Assembly (NCBI GenBank): GCA_043228905.1
Contig: JBHGNT010000008.1
Span: forward strand, 8,990,001-9,054,000
Source: Azolla caroliniana
Lineage: Eukaryota > Plantae > Polypodiophyta
Length of the DNA: 64,000 nt
Direction: 5' to 3'
The position numbers were made by a program, and so were the translations under genes. Positions within the stretch are counted from its first letter, which is position 1. Each line of letters opens with the position of its first letter. Of this stretch, positions 45,001-58,072 are shown piece after piece. The notes under the pieces were generated by a model that was not told the DNA's origin, searched no databases, and saw only the letters and a program-made list of their open reading frames with translations.

Positions 45001-48000
45001 AATCAGACGAAGTGTGGTACGTTGAATCCGGAGCGTCAAACCATATGACGAACCATAAAGAGTGGTTCTCATATCTGAAAAAACCGAAACAACCGGGAGT
45101 AGTCACAACAAGAGACGACACTCTACATCTGATCGTACATGTCTATGAAGTTCCCCTCAGCCATGTCGGGCAAAAAGGGAAGCCAATGAACGTGTTACCC
45201 GTCCCGACAATTACGAAGAATCTGGTGTCGGTCGGACAAATCGTCGACCAAGGGATGCAAATCCGGTTCACGCATCTCGGGTGCTTCATCAAGGAAGAAT
45301 GCCAAGTTATTGTGCAAGGGCGCAGAGATGGGAGGATGTTCATCCTCGATAGCAATGACGTAGCTATCGCCATGTTCGCAAAAGGACAAAAAGTCGAGTC
45401 GGATATCGACTTGTGGCATAAGTAGATAGGCCACGTCAACTACCAAAGGCTTCAAGACCTACAATCGAAACAAGTTGCGTTCGGATTGCCGAAATTCAGT
45501 GGTCGAAGGGCCCAAATTTGTGAAGCTTGCCAGCAAGGGAAGAACACCGACTTCCTTTCCCAAATGAGCATAATCGGAGCCGAAATAAGTTCAACTTGAT
45601 ACATTCAGATGTATGGGAACCGACACAGAATGTGAGTCTTGGCGGGAGTTGATATTTCGTCTCCCTCATCGACGACTACACCTAGCACACATGGATCTAC
45701 CTCATCGAAAAGAAGAGTGAAGTCTTTGACTATTTCCGGAACCTCAAAAATCTTGTCGAAAGGGAAACATGGAGGAAGATCAAATGCCTGCGGTCAGATG
45801 GCAGAAAAGAGTACTTTTCCAACCAATTCAACAGTTATCTGCAACAAATGGGAATTCGGCACAAACTCAGTTGCAGGTATATGCCGGAGCAAAACGGTCG
45901 GTTGTGGAAGCAGCGCGGGCAATGCTGGAAGAAAAGAGCATGCCCAAGTTCTATTGGGCTGAAGCGGTCGAAACTGCGGTCTACATCCCAAATCGGATCG
46001 GAGAAAAAGTGTCAGCACATGAGTTGTATTTCGGAAGGAAGCCAAATCTACGACACTTGAGGGTTTTCGGTAGCATCGTGTATGTGCATGTGCCGATGGA
46101 GAAGTAGAGGAAGCTGGATGTGAAAGCCGAGAAGTGTATCTTGGTTGGCTATTCGGACGAACAGAAGGGTTATAAGTGTTACAACCCCCGAACCAAACAA
46201 GCTCGCGTAAGTCGCGATGTCATGTTCGATGTGTCTGCATCTTCGTACTTGCCTTCGACTTCAGACCTAAGCTCCAATCCGAGTTTTGAAGATGAGGTTA
46301 GTGAGGCTGAGATACCTCTTGATGAACGCGAAGTCGGAACTCTTGAAGAAAGTCCGATCTCATTTCGGCTAAGTGGACCGAATGAGCAACTGAATCGGCT
46401 TGACCAGTCAAATGAAGAGTTGTCGAGTAGTGGAGACTCAGCCGTGCATTTCCCGCGTAGGGAGCCGAAGAGACGGCTTACGCGCAAAAAAAGGGAAAGA
46501 AGAAGATGTCGGAGTACGACACGGATAGGGACGAGTTCGATCAACGCAAATCCGACTCCGAGAAGAGCGATGACGGGCCTTCAAGAGCGAAGCCCGCGTT
46601 AGCCAGAACAGCCTCAACATCGGCTAATGAGCAATTACGCCAATCTACCCGCCAGAAGAACCCTGTTGTGCGGTTCGGATACACCGAGTAAATGGCGCAT
46701 CACTATGTGTACATGACACGCGTAGCAAAAGTGCGTGAGCCGAAGAGCTACGTAGAAGCGGCAACAGACACGAATTGGCGTGCCGCCATGGAGGAAGAGA
46801 TGAACGCACTTGCGGAGAATGAAACCTGGGACCTAGTTGACGCACCCAAGGGTGTAAAGCCGATTGGATGCAGGTGGGTGTACAAGGTCAAGTACAACAC
46901 CGACGACTCGGTCAACCGATACAAGGCCCAGTTAGTAGCAAAAGGCTACGCGCAGCAACATGGCATCGATTACGATGAGACTTTGCGCCGGTCCCGAAGA
47001 TTACGATCGTCCGTGTTTTGTTTGTGGTAGTTGCGGCGAAGGGGTGACACTTACATCAGATGGATGTAAAGAACGCGTTCTTGTAAGGCCAGTTTGCGGA
47101 ACAAGTGTACATGGTACAGCCCCCCAGATTTCACTCCGGAATGAACACTTCAGCAGTATGCCAGTAGAAGTCCCTTTACAGACTAAAGCAAGCCCCACAT
47201 GCCTGGAACGCGAAGATCACACAATGATTGCGTCGGATGGGATCCGAACCCCCAAAGGCATACTGATCAGCCAACGGCATTACGTGTGCATTACGTGTTG
47301 AGTATGCTCTTCAAGTTCAGGATGGCGGACTGTAAGTCCGTCTCAACTCCTCTCGACAGAACCGTGAAGCTTCGCCTCGACTCCGAAAAGGTCTGTGACT
47401 GAAAAAGGTTCTGACAGATTGTCGGAAGCCTCATATACTTGACTATCACCCGACCGGACCTCAATTACCCGGTCGGCTTGATTAGTCTGTTCATGGCGCG
47501 GTCAACCGAGGAGCACCTTCAGTGCGCGCAATGCGTACTCAAGTAGGTCAGTGGCACTAAGGACCGGGGGCTACTATTTCGGACCGGTATTGTCACGCAG
47601 CTAGTCAGTTATACGGATGCCGACTGGGCCGCAAAACGTCGGCGATCGCCGATCCACATCTAGATTCGTGTTCTTCCTTGGGAGCGCCGCGATTGCTTGG
47701 AGTAGCAAGAAGCAATCGAGAGTTGCACTGTCGAGCACAGAGGCCGAGTATCTAGGAGCGGCTTTCGCAACGTGCGAAACCATATGGCTGAAGTGGCTAC
47801 TTAAGGATCTGCAAGTGGAGGTGTCCAGTCCGACGATGATCTACTACGACAACCTCAATAGCATCCAACTTGCGAAGAACCCCATCTTCCATGCCCGGAC
47901 TAAGCACATTGAGGTGCACTACCACTTTGTGTGTCCTCTTTGGTGAAGTCGAACTTCACTATGTTCTGACGGATCGGCAGAATGCCGACATCTTCACCAA

Positions 48001-48645
48001 GTCCCTTGGTCTAGACAAGTTATGGCAATTCTTGGGTGCGCTTGGTTTGCGGCGCCTCGACGTGCCGAACTTGAAGGGGAGAAAAGTCCCGCAAGACCAC
48101 GGAAAGGAGCAGGAAAGGAGCAGAAGTGATAGTGACACCAAATCGGATGACGAATTCATTTTAGTGTCGGCTAAAGAAGCCGAAGGTGGATCCGTGGAAG
48201 AATCCGGAAGCGGACGAGAGGGCACCGGCCGAAAGAAAGAGCCGGAGCCAACCAAACATGGGGGAGATGAAGCCAACAAGGGCGAGAAGGCCAAAATTGA
48301 GGACGAATTGGAGACGGCCAATTCGGACAAATACGGAGACGAATCGGAGACAGCCGATTCGGCTCAGATGTTTGATTCGGAGACACCAAATCAACTGAAG
48401 GCCAAGCGGGAGAAAGGGCAGCAAAAGAGGCGCCAACACCATAACAACAAGGGAGCTGGAAAAGGCTGCGCGAGCAGACAAGCTGACCGTAAGGGTCGAG
48501 GCGCGTAGAATCGAACGGGTCGAGGAGCGCGAGTGAGGTGTAAAGTCAAGAGAAACCGGAGCGTAGGACCAGAAGAGCCTCAAGTTGAGCTTGAGAGGGA
48601 GTGTTGAGTTACAAGCTCAACATTGGCCGGATCAATGCATAAACC

Positions 48646-49097
48646 GTGTTTGAACTTTGTTCCTGCAGGATGCAAAACCTGATCGGTTTGATCAGGCAAT
48701 GATTTTTCCATTAAAGAAGCGATTGCTTCCATGACTCGGTAAAAAACATTGCCCTAAAGATTTCTGCTTTTCATAAAAAAAATCCGATACTTAAATACTG
48801 TATCTGAAATGACCGGGAAAGTTGAGACGAAACGAGAAATTGCATATTTATTAGTGGAGTAAATGGCCAACTCGTCAGGCTCATGACCTGAAGACTACGG
48901 GTTCAAACCCTGGTCACCACGTTTGTATTGTGAATATGCGGTTACAAATGAACCAACTAAGGTTATTGGGATCGAACCTAGCACACTTCCGGATAATAAT
49001 GCTTCAACCATTTAAGTTCGTAGATATCTAATACAAATAATCACCCAGGCAGGTTCAATCTCTTCATCAATCTATCCTATCAGCATCAGCCTAAATT
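48646..49097. other. About 450-bp insertion in the 3' LTR of copia H
   Basis: Absent from the 5' LTR; flanked by ATGCATAAACC (48635-48645) and GTGCGTAAACC (49098-49108). Confidence 0.85.
48854..48920 (+). pseudogene. tRNA-fMet(CAU)-like pseudogene resembling plant mitochondrial trnfM
   Basis: D arm GAGT/ACTC; anticodon arm TCAGG-CTCATGA-CCTGA (CAT at 48882-48884); AGACT variable loop; GGTTCAAACCC T arm; acceptor stem does not pair properly. Confidence 0.65.
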
Positions 49098-50704
49098 GTG
49101 CGTAAACCAGTGCTCAACAAGAGGCCGGATCGGTGCGGAAACCGGGAGGCCGTTGAACAGATACTCTGTAAGGGAATATATTTGGGAGTTAGTTTAGGAA
49201 CTCAGTTATGAGCATTGAAGTACATGTCAATACTTTTGTCAGTCCATATGGACTTGTATAAAAGTGCTCCCTGAGCACATCCTATGTACAAAGTTTTACA
49301 CATTATTTTGAATTTAGTTTTTTCTGTGTGTTCATTCCCTCTCTGTCTCTCCCGCGTACATTGTGTCTTAAGCTCTCCATTAAACCTGTTTTTTCTCTGT
49401 CGGTATTCCGTGTTTCGTATAGCTTCCGCACATTATATTTCACACCATGGAAAGTACCAAAGTCATCCATCTATGCAACAATGGTGTTCATATGTTGAAA
49501 GCAAAAAAAAAATGCAAAAATGAGCTCCCTAACCAGCCAAAGTTCCATCTGTTATCATTTAAATATAAGTCTCTCCCAACATTACATAACGAAGTTTTAA
49601 TGAGGTTAGCGACGAGAAACCTCAATATGCTACCATATCATATTACCCAAAGAATAAAACAGAGAAAAACCTTAAGATGTTGCATACCTTTTAATTATCT
49701 TCCAATTGTGTTTGTCAAACAAACTCCTACGTGAGCTTGGGAGAAACTGAAACTCTAATTACTCAACACACAGATAAGTTCACCCCATTTATTTATTTTT
49801 TCTACTTTTAGATTTCGGTTCTTTATTATATGTAGATCTATAAAAAAGTGGATGGCTCTTATCATCAAGGATTCCCAAAACGAGTCTAGCAGCATCCAAC
49901 CACCAGATTCATGGGTGGAGCGCATTTAAGAATCTTATATCAAATAGAGACGAGAGGCACTTCACTTTCTCAACTTCTTCCATTGTGGTACATGCTTCTC
50001 TTGGTGTTGCCACCTTCCAATAATGCATGAAATTTTGAGGCAAACTTTGTCAAGAGAGCCTTAAAATCTATTTGAGTTCTTAAATTCCTAGTACTTGAAC
50101 CAAGAAGTGTTGATGGGTGTGTAGGATATACACTTTGAAACAAGACATTCCCATGATCCAACATTGTGTCCCTTCTAAAGATATCAAAACATTTGAATTC
50201 AAGTATGCCATTTCTTACTTCAGATTTGTTCATAAATTGAGAGTGCCAATAGTAGTTTTGATTAGTTATGCGATGTTAGTATGTAAAATACCTTAGAATC
50301 ATAAAAGTCCACTAGATTTAAATGGCCATGACAAACATTTCAGCCATGAACTATTATACCGATACCAAACAATGATTGAACAAACATCTACATATAGTTT
50401 TTTGAAATATCCCTTGGTGAATTTTAGAATTCCACTAATTTATTAAGTCACTCAAAAGCTACTTACACAAATGAACAAAGTAATGTTTTAACACCATTAA
50501 ATGTAGTAACATTGTACTTCATGAACACAACAAAACACATCATTTTACCACAAAATAACAATGAACAATATGGTAACATCGTGCCTCACTAATCCCACAA
50601 TGATAAGATAAGATAAGGTATGGTTTGATCTCGTTTCATAATGAACATAACTTATAATTCAGAATTAACACCGAGTCGGTTCATTTAATAACCTTACATC
50701 ATGC

Positions 50705-51203
50705 TCAAAACAAAATCTATAGATCAATTGTGTTAAGAAAGCTGGAATTTGCACAATTTGAACACTCCATTCGGGAATCTAAGTCCGATCAAAGTAGTGG
50801 ATGAATTTGCCTCGCAACAAAATCTATTGATAAGTTGTTTAAGAAAGGTGGAATTTGCACATTTTGAACACTTCATTCGGCAATCTAGGTGTGGCTATAG
50901 AGACTAGTGGTATGGCCTTGAGAAGAGTGAGGCCAAACCTTTCACTCATATCAACTTGATGTATGTTCTGAGGCAATGACCAATCAAAGTAGTGGATTAA
51001 TATGCCTCGCAACAAAATCTATTGATAAGTTGTTTAAGAAAGGTGGAATTTGCACATTTTGAACACTTCATTCGACAATCTAGGTGTGGCTATAGAGACT
51101 AGTGGTATGGCCTTGGGAAGAGTGAGGCCAAACCTTTCACTCATATCAACTTGATGTATGTTCTGAGGCAATGACCAATCAAAGCAGTGGATCAATGTGC
51201 CTA
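50705..51203 (-). repeat. Tandem duplication of the P450 3' end (195-bp period plus a shorter, older copy)
   Basis: GCCT[C/A]GCAA at 50809, 51004 and 51199; near-identical intervening sequence; diverged partial copy at about 50705-50810. Confidence 0.9.
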
Positions 51204-53759
51204 GCAATAATTGACTAGTAAGGAGTCCGAGGTTCATTCCTGGACAAGCTCTCCTGCCAGCACCAAAGGGCAACAATTGAAAATGGTGACCTTTAACATC
51301 AATTGTGCTATTTAAGAACCGATGTGGTAAAAAATCAAATGGCTTTTCCCAAACACTTTCATCTCTACCAATGGCCCAAGCATTCACAATAGTCCTTGTC
51401 TTCTCTGGTATGTAGAAGCCACCAACTTCACATGCCTCTCTTGTTTCATACGGAACTAACAAAGGTGCTGGTGGGTGTAACCTCATGGTCTCCTTTATTA
51501 TGGCTCTAAGAAACGGAAGACTCGGGATGTCAGATTCTTTCATTAATCGATCCTTCCCTATTATTGAATCTAGCTCTTCTTGTAATGCTCTTAAGTTGTG
51601 TCGGTTTCTCAATAACTCGGCCATTGCCCACTCCACTACAATAATCGATGTGTCACTTCCACCGGCAAATAGTTCCTACAAAAGCAACAATGTTTTATGA
51701 AGACAAGTTATCTTCCAATGACAAAAACAAGGTGTGCAAATCCGAGCTTGCGATGAATAGACAGCAAATGGATACTAGAAAGAATTACCCATATGATTGC
51801 CTTAATTTGATCATCTTTTAACATGGCTTGTTTGGCTCCTTGATTTTGTCCGAAGAACAGAAGAGTGTCAAGAATAGTGGTATTCTCACCGTCAAACATA
51901 ATTGCATTCACCTGTTCTCGACGATTATCTATGAAGTGTTGTAATAGACTATCAACTTTTTGGGATGTATCCTTCACTCTTGTAACATAACCTTGTAGGT
52001 TAAGCCATTGGACATGAGGTATATAGTCTCCAATGTTGAACATGCCCCCAAGCGACAAGCTCTCTTCCATGAGCTCCTTCAAACTATGAACTTGAGTCTG
52101 TCCTAAGATGGGAGAAACATCAGGAAAGCTCTTCCCAAACATCATCTTGAAAATATTGTTGAATGACATGGAGAAAAGCTTGGTTCGGATCTCTTGGGGG
52201 GTTTCCCGATCGGCCCAAATTGAAGAAACTAGATGTGTCAACTCATTGACCCTAACGTCCTCGGAATCTTTCAATCGAGTCACACTGAGGAGCTTTGTCA
52301 TGTAGAGTTCCTTTACCTAGAGGATTATCCAGCAACCATGATCCAAACCACCAAAACCGATCCATAAACCAATCAATTTGAATACATTAACTACTAGATA
52401 CAATAAATTTAATCCATAATCTTATTTCCTTAATACAAAATCTTGAACTCCAGATCAAACAAATGTAATACAATACTAGCGCTAATTAATTATTAAATTA
52501 TTATTGACCTTATCGCAAAATTAATCATTTCCTAATATTCTTTCAATTTAACCAAAATTTTCTAGGTAGCCAATTTTAAATCCCATAGCTAATTAATCTA
52601 TCTCATTCATTTAATGAAGTGGAAAGAAACTTTTCCATGATATTCCATCAGCAATAAATTATTAATAAGTAATGGGCATGAGTAATGTGCCCCAACTATG
52701 AACACTTAGATTCATCATTTGGCTCACAATTATAACGTGAGTTTAACAAATCTCGAAAACACTAAGAAACAATTGGGTACCGATGGAACTTAAATGTACC
52801 AATCTCACAAAGAAAACATAGGTGACCAAACAATCAAAATACTACTGATTCGAACCTTCATATATAGCGAAAATCATGATCAAATGAACAAAACACGATC
52901 GAACCTTCATATATAGCAAAAAACAATCGAACCTTCGAAAATCTTCATGGAATGAACAAAAAACAATTGAATCTTCGCATATAGTGAAAATCATGATCGA
53001 ATGAACAAAAAAATGATCCAACCTTCATATATAGCAAAAACCATGATAGAATGAACAAAATAACAATCAAACCTTAATATGTAAGCGAAAATCATGTTCA
53101 AATGAACAAAAAATAACAATGGACCGTCCGGTGAATACCTTGCGCCAATAGGGTCCATAGGCGGCAAACGCAAGGCCAGAGCCATGGTAGCTAAAGACAT
53201 CGGTGGCAAAGGTGAGGGGGCAGGATGCAAACGCGAGGTCTCGAGATTGGAGGACCTCCTGAGCCATGGCAGGGGACGAGACCACGAGAACAGGAACCAA
53301 GCCGAATTGGAGAGACAAGAGAGGGCCATGGTGAAGGGCCAGCTCATGGAGCCATCGGTGAGGGGAGCTTCCGCCAGACAAGAGGAGGTGGTGGAGGTGA
53401 CCGATGAGAGGGAGTGATCCCGGGGGCGAGGGCAAGGCCGGATGGCCGGTGGCCGACAACTTTTGTTTGGTCGAGGATCGAGGATCTATGGTGTCACCCT
53501 TAGCCTTTGATTTGTTGTTGGTAGCATTGAAGGATCCAAGTGCCCAAGCCAATGTGAGAATGATCATCATCATCAAGAAGAAGCCTACCCACAACAAAAA
53601 ATCTGTTTCAGCATGGCCACCCATTCCAATCATGTATATGTAAAATGACCCACAATCCGTTGCTCCTGATATTCCTTTTCTATGAGCCACAAAAAAGAAC
53701 CCCCCCAACAAAGTAATAATAATGACAACAAGGATCCCTAAAAATAGAAACCGACACAT
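51034..53759 (-). CDS. Cytochrome P450, CYP71 clan (A-type); exons 53139-53759 (start uncertain), 51789-52316, 51034-51675
   Basis: TM anchor, PSPP hinge, YGPYWRK, AGGSDTS I-helix, ETMR, PHRF, FGAGRRACPG heme motif; two phase-0 GT-AG introns give a continuous frame. Confidence 0.93.
52845..53120. repeat. About 50-bp minisatellite in P450 intron 1
   Basis: Repeated ATGATCGAATGAACAAAAAA...CGAACCTTCATATATAGCGAAAATC units. Confidence 0.8.
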
Positions 53760-53948
53760 GTACCAATTCCTTATCCATTATTTGTTTATTTCCTTTATTC
53801 TTAAGAAAGAAACAGAGTCCATCAAAAATAAAACTCCTCATTTTTGTTGCCTTTCATGGAAAAGAAGTGTCGGCTTGGAAAGAAGAAAAGAATTCGTGTT
53901 ACTTATTTCCACGCATTTACATTTACAAAGGAGAGCATCCTCATCATC

Positions 53949-53985
53949 AGAAGAAGAAGAAGAAGAAGAAGAAGAAGAAGAAGAA
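53949..53985. repeat. (GAA)n microsatellite upstream of the P450
   Basis: About 12 GAA units. Confidence 0.95.
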
Positions 53986-54179
53986 TTCGTTTTGCAAAAT
54001 AAATGTAAATAAATAAAAATTAATTAATTCACTAAATAAAGAACAATCACTCATTAATAGAATTTTTAGAAATATAAAAGGTCTTCAAAATCACACCAAC
54101 ATAAGAAAAAATTTAATTAAAGAATTTATGAACCATTATTTTCTAATTTCTAACTTCTTATGTACCACTTCTAATTTTA

Positions 54180-57100
54180 GGAGTTTGTGTGCACTATCAT
54201 CTTCATCATCCATATCTTGAAGCTCATCAATAATATCATCATCTTCATCATCCATATCTTGAAGCTCATCAATACATCTTCATCGTCCATATCTTGAAGT
54301 TCATCAATAATATCGTCATGAACTTCATCATTTTGCCACGAATAGCTTGGTTTTGCATTCTCAAAAGCCTCTCCGCATCATCTTCTTTGTTGATCACATC
54401 TAATGCTACTTCAATAACACATAATGCCCTTTCCCTTATTCTTTTAATGAGACAATGATTTGTATGTATATAAACCAATTTCTCAACGTGAGCATGAATC
54501 AATCTATTTCTTCTTCTTTTATGTATCAATGAGAATGTGCTCCAATTTCTTTCACAAGAAGATGCACATGAATATTAAGAAAGCACATGAATTGCAAAGT
54601 CTTTTTGAGTTTGGTGTGCATGCTCCAAATGTTTCCTCTACTTAATTGCATTATGTAGTTGGATGGTTTGCCATAGGAACTCGAAATGTACTTTTTTCTT
54701 GAGTTCTATAAGCATAGAATTCATCCAATAAAACACCACATAGATGTCCAACACCATTAGTATAGCGCATAATTGTTTCCATCCAACTTGTATTGACCTT
54801 GTCATCAATATCTTGAATTTTTTCTCTCCAAATTGGATGCAAAATAAAGGCGGTTGCATGCGATAGTGAGTGTAGCATTGTCCATCTTTGCATACATATT
54901 CCTCTAATTTCATCAAGCATTATACAATCTACATCTTCATGTGCATTATTTTTTCTATCATACGTTGAGTACATTCATACATTAAACCCATGGTTGCACC
55001 GTCTCTATCCGCTAACCTAAGAACTTTTAAGATTGGCTTGATATCTTTACTATCTTCTTTATATTTACCCAAAAATAAGCATCATGTATAATTGAGACTA
55101 TTTTTTCTTCTTGTTGTGTTTTCAATCCTTTCCATTGACACCATTGTGCACTAACAACCATTCTTCTCAATCCACCATTGCCTAGGCAAACCTAGTAGGA
55201 AACTTATGAAACATTGCCAAAGAAGATTGTTTTTGTGTTATAAACATGGTTATCTTTGTAGCTGATTTTAAAACATTGTGAACCCAAGCACATTTTTCAA
55301 TATCCTCAAACAAAAAACCAAGGCAATGGCATGTGCGTCTAGTAAAAAAAGATCATGGGCCACTCTCTCTCTCTATCATCCTCCTAACCACCACACAATT
55401 TGTTGCATCGTCCATACAAACTTGCACTGTCAACATTTGATGGGCTAATCCTAATAATAACATCCTTTAAAATCTTAAAGATATACTCTCCTAATTTACA
55501 TTCTCCACTAGTGTCAACTAATTTCAGGAACACATTCCCATATGTAGAAGTAGCTAGGACATTAATTATAGGTTTATCTAACAACCGACAACAATTCGGT
55601 TTGAACCGAACCGTGAAACCGCAACTTAACGGCTTAATAGTTTAAATGGTTCGTTTAGGTTTAAGTTTTATTTACAGTTCGGTTCGGTTCGGTTTGGGGG
55701 TGAACGGTTCGGTTCGGTTTCAACAATTAGAAACCGTCGTTTAAACTTATTAATGGTTTTTGTTTAAATGGTTCTGTTTAAACGGTTTCGGTTCAAATGG
55801 TTTCGTGATTCTATTCGGTTCGGTTCAAGTTTCAAAACTTTTAAACGGTTCGATTTGGACACTCTCAAACCAAACCGAACTTAACTAAACCATTGTCGAT
55901 TGTTAGATCTATCCTTGGTATCTGACCAACCATCACTGACAATACTACATCCAACAATGGTCCATTTTTCTCTAATTTGCATAATCTCATTTTCAACATG
56001 TTTCACATCTTCATCAAATGCCTTTTAGGTAATTTCTTAGGAGACGGTGGCTTATAAGAAGGCCCAACAGTGCTACTGCCTTTTTCATGTCATGAAAATA
56101 TGCACTTCCCACTTTTACATTCAGTACATCCTCTACAAAAAAACCTCTTGATAGCTTCATCTGCATTTTTATTAAGTTGCGCATTAAGGGTTCAACATTG
56201 TCTACTTTCATCATTTTACTTGTTGACTCCACATTCACATCAACATTTGCACAACTAATATCAAATACCATTTCTTGTACTTCGGCTTTTATGGTAGCAT
56301 CAATTCGACGACATTTGTCAACACCTAAACCTTTCAAACCCAATAGGTGAGCTCTAATTCAAAAGGGGCCACCAACAAATATATGGTGGCCATGTTTACA
56401 TTGAATGATAGCCATACCCTTATCAAGTTTTCTCACAACAGTTACATGATTCCATTCAAATCCCTTTTGCTTCACCATTTTATTAAATTAACCTCATGCA
56501 AATATTAGAACTAGAATAGCAAAACTTGAAATTATACCCATACAGAGGTCTCAGCCTCAAGTTTCAACATTGAGGTTATTCAACTCCTTTTCTTCAATTG
56601 ACATGAGTGTTTCCTCCTCCAAAGCTTTTTGAGGTCTCTTTTCTTTTGACTTTCGATCTATTTCTGCATTTTTTCTTTCCTCCAATGTTGTTTCATAACA
56701 TGCATGTAGTCTCGTTCGGAGCTATGGCATATACAAAGATGGAAATATATGTATTCATAGACATACTAACAAGAAAAATAATAATATCTAGCTCACATAT
56801 ATCTATTAGATCATCTAGAGCCCAATGTAGACTTAAACGTTAGTCCGTATATGGTAGCTTGTTGGATTAAAGCCTTACCCTAATCATGTGTATGTGAAAT
56901 TTGAATAATGAATCCACTCACATAAATATGCAAAGATACCATTTGGAGACCAATTGTAAAGAAGCTTTAACATCAATCCTAATATGGAAGCTTTGTTGCA
57001 ATAGCCTTCTCCTTCTCTAGTTTCTTTTGATCAAGTCGAAATAGTCGACTGAAATATGGTCGAAATTAGGGTTTTGATTGAAATTAGGAATTTCAGCCAA

Positions 57101-57282
57101 AACCCTAATTTGTAGGCCTAGAACAAGATGCAAGGGAGGCGAGGATGTCAATGTCACTCACAAGATGGAGAGGGTGGGCTTCTTCATTGTTCCTTCGCTC
57201 ACAAGGTAAGTTTAAAAGAATAAAATAAATACTTTTACATCTATTTATATTCGTATTCAAACGAATTTGTGGAGCAGCCCTA
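54180..57282 (-). mobile_element. Degenerate hAT DNA transposon (BED finger, DUF659-type core, dimerisation domain)
   Basis: Minus-strand fragments EWNHVTV...CKHG...IRAHLLG, DGWSD...PIINVL, HATAFILHP, IHKRRRNRL...LVYIHTN; hAT-like terminus TAGGGCTGCTCC at 57282; other terminus not found. Confidence 0.82.
55577..55907. mobile_element. MITE inserted in the hAT transposase
   Basis: TIRs TCTAACAACCGACAA / TTGTCGATTGTTAGA; internal AACCG/CGGTT repeats; splits the DGWSDTKD-PIINVL peptide. Confidence 0.82.
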
Positions 57283-57554
57283 CTAATGCAAATATGTGAA
57301 ACTATGGTAGCTAGTGTACCGGTATCGAGCTTTGCATGTTCACCACATTTCTAGTCACGTGGCACAATTTTTCTTATTAGAGGTACACTTCAATGAGTAC
57401 TATACACAATCTTATTGACTTATCAAAGTTGATCCTTGTTTATTTACAATTTACAAGTCATCAAAAACTGCTTTTCGTAACTATAACATTCTCACCGAAT
57501 TGTAGACTGGTAAATCTTACAAGAATATACTGGCATAATACTTCTATAACAAGA

Positions 57555-57665
57555 CCATCTCAAAACAAAGGCAATGAATGGTACAAAGTAGAATGGATGG
57601 AGCATCTCAAACATAAAGGCAACAAATGGTACAAAGTAGAATGGATGGAGCATCTCAAACACAAT
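57555..57665. repeat. About 47-bp tandem repeat, about 2.3 copies
   Basis: CATCTCAAA...AAGGCAA...ATGGTACAAAGTAGAATGGATGGAG repeated. Confidence 0.85.
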
Positions 57666-58072
57666 GGCAACATTGGCAACAAATACAAAATTGAATTAAG
57701 CAATAACTAATCTGGAGCCAAATACCGAAGCAATGAATCAGTGCTAATTTCATTAGATACATGAACAGGCCTCAAATGAGTGTTTCTGAGAGCATTCCCT
57801 TGATGCAAGCCAATGCTCCCACTATGGAAACTAAAAACAATTTCAGAATAAATTAGATCGATGATGTGAAACAATCAATTGGCGCATTTATTTCAAGATC
57901 CCATGCATCTTAGGATCCCATCCTTTTCAACACTATCTGAGAAAATGGGGATCAATAAACACTCCCATAGTGGATGAGGTTATACAGGTTTTAAGACTAT
58001 AAACTTCCACTTATTACAAACTCTACAAAATCCAGAGGACGAGGTGATATGATATCCTTTTTTTTCCAGCAA

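Larger units (their letters stand above)
43535..49444 (+). mobile_element. Full-length but degenerate Ty1/copia element H
   Basis: LTRs 43535-43913 and 48602-49444; perfect TSD CCATG; PBS TGGTATTAGAGC 43914-43925; gag-PR-INT-RT-RH remnants 44013-48100 with many stops; PPT before 48602. Confidence 0.95.

Noticed and set aside
47870-48508. Extra env-like or accessory ORF in copia H
   Set aside because: It begins in frameshifted RNase H and runs into purine-rich low-complexity 3' sequence; no TM segment or recognisable domain.
48854-48920. Functional tRNA-Met gene
   Set aside because: The acceptor stem does not pair and the T-stem is imperfect; reported as a pseudogene.
52845-53120. CRISPR-like array
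   Set aside because: Degenerate tandem minisatellite in a eukaryotic intron with no unique spacers and no cas genes.
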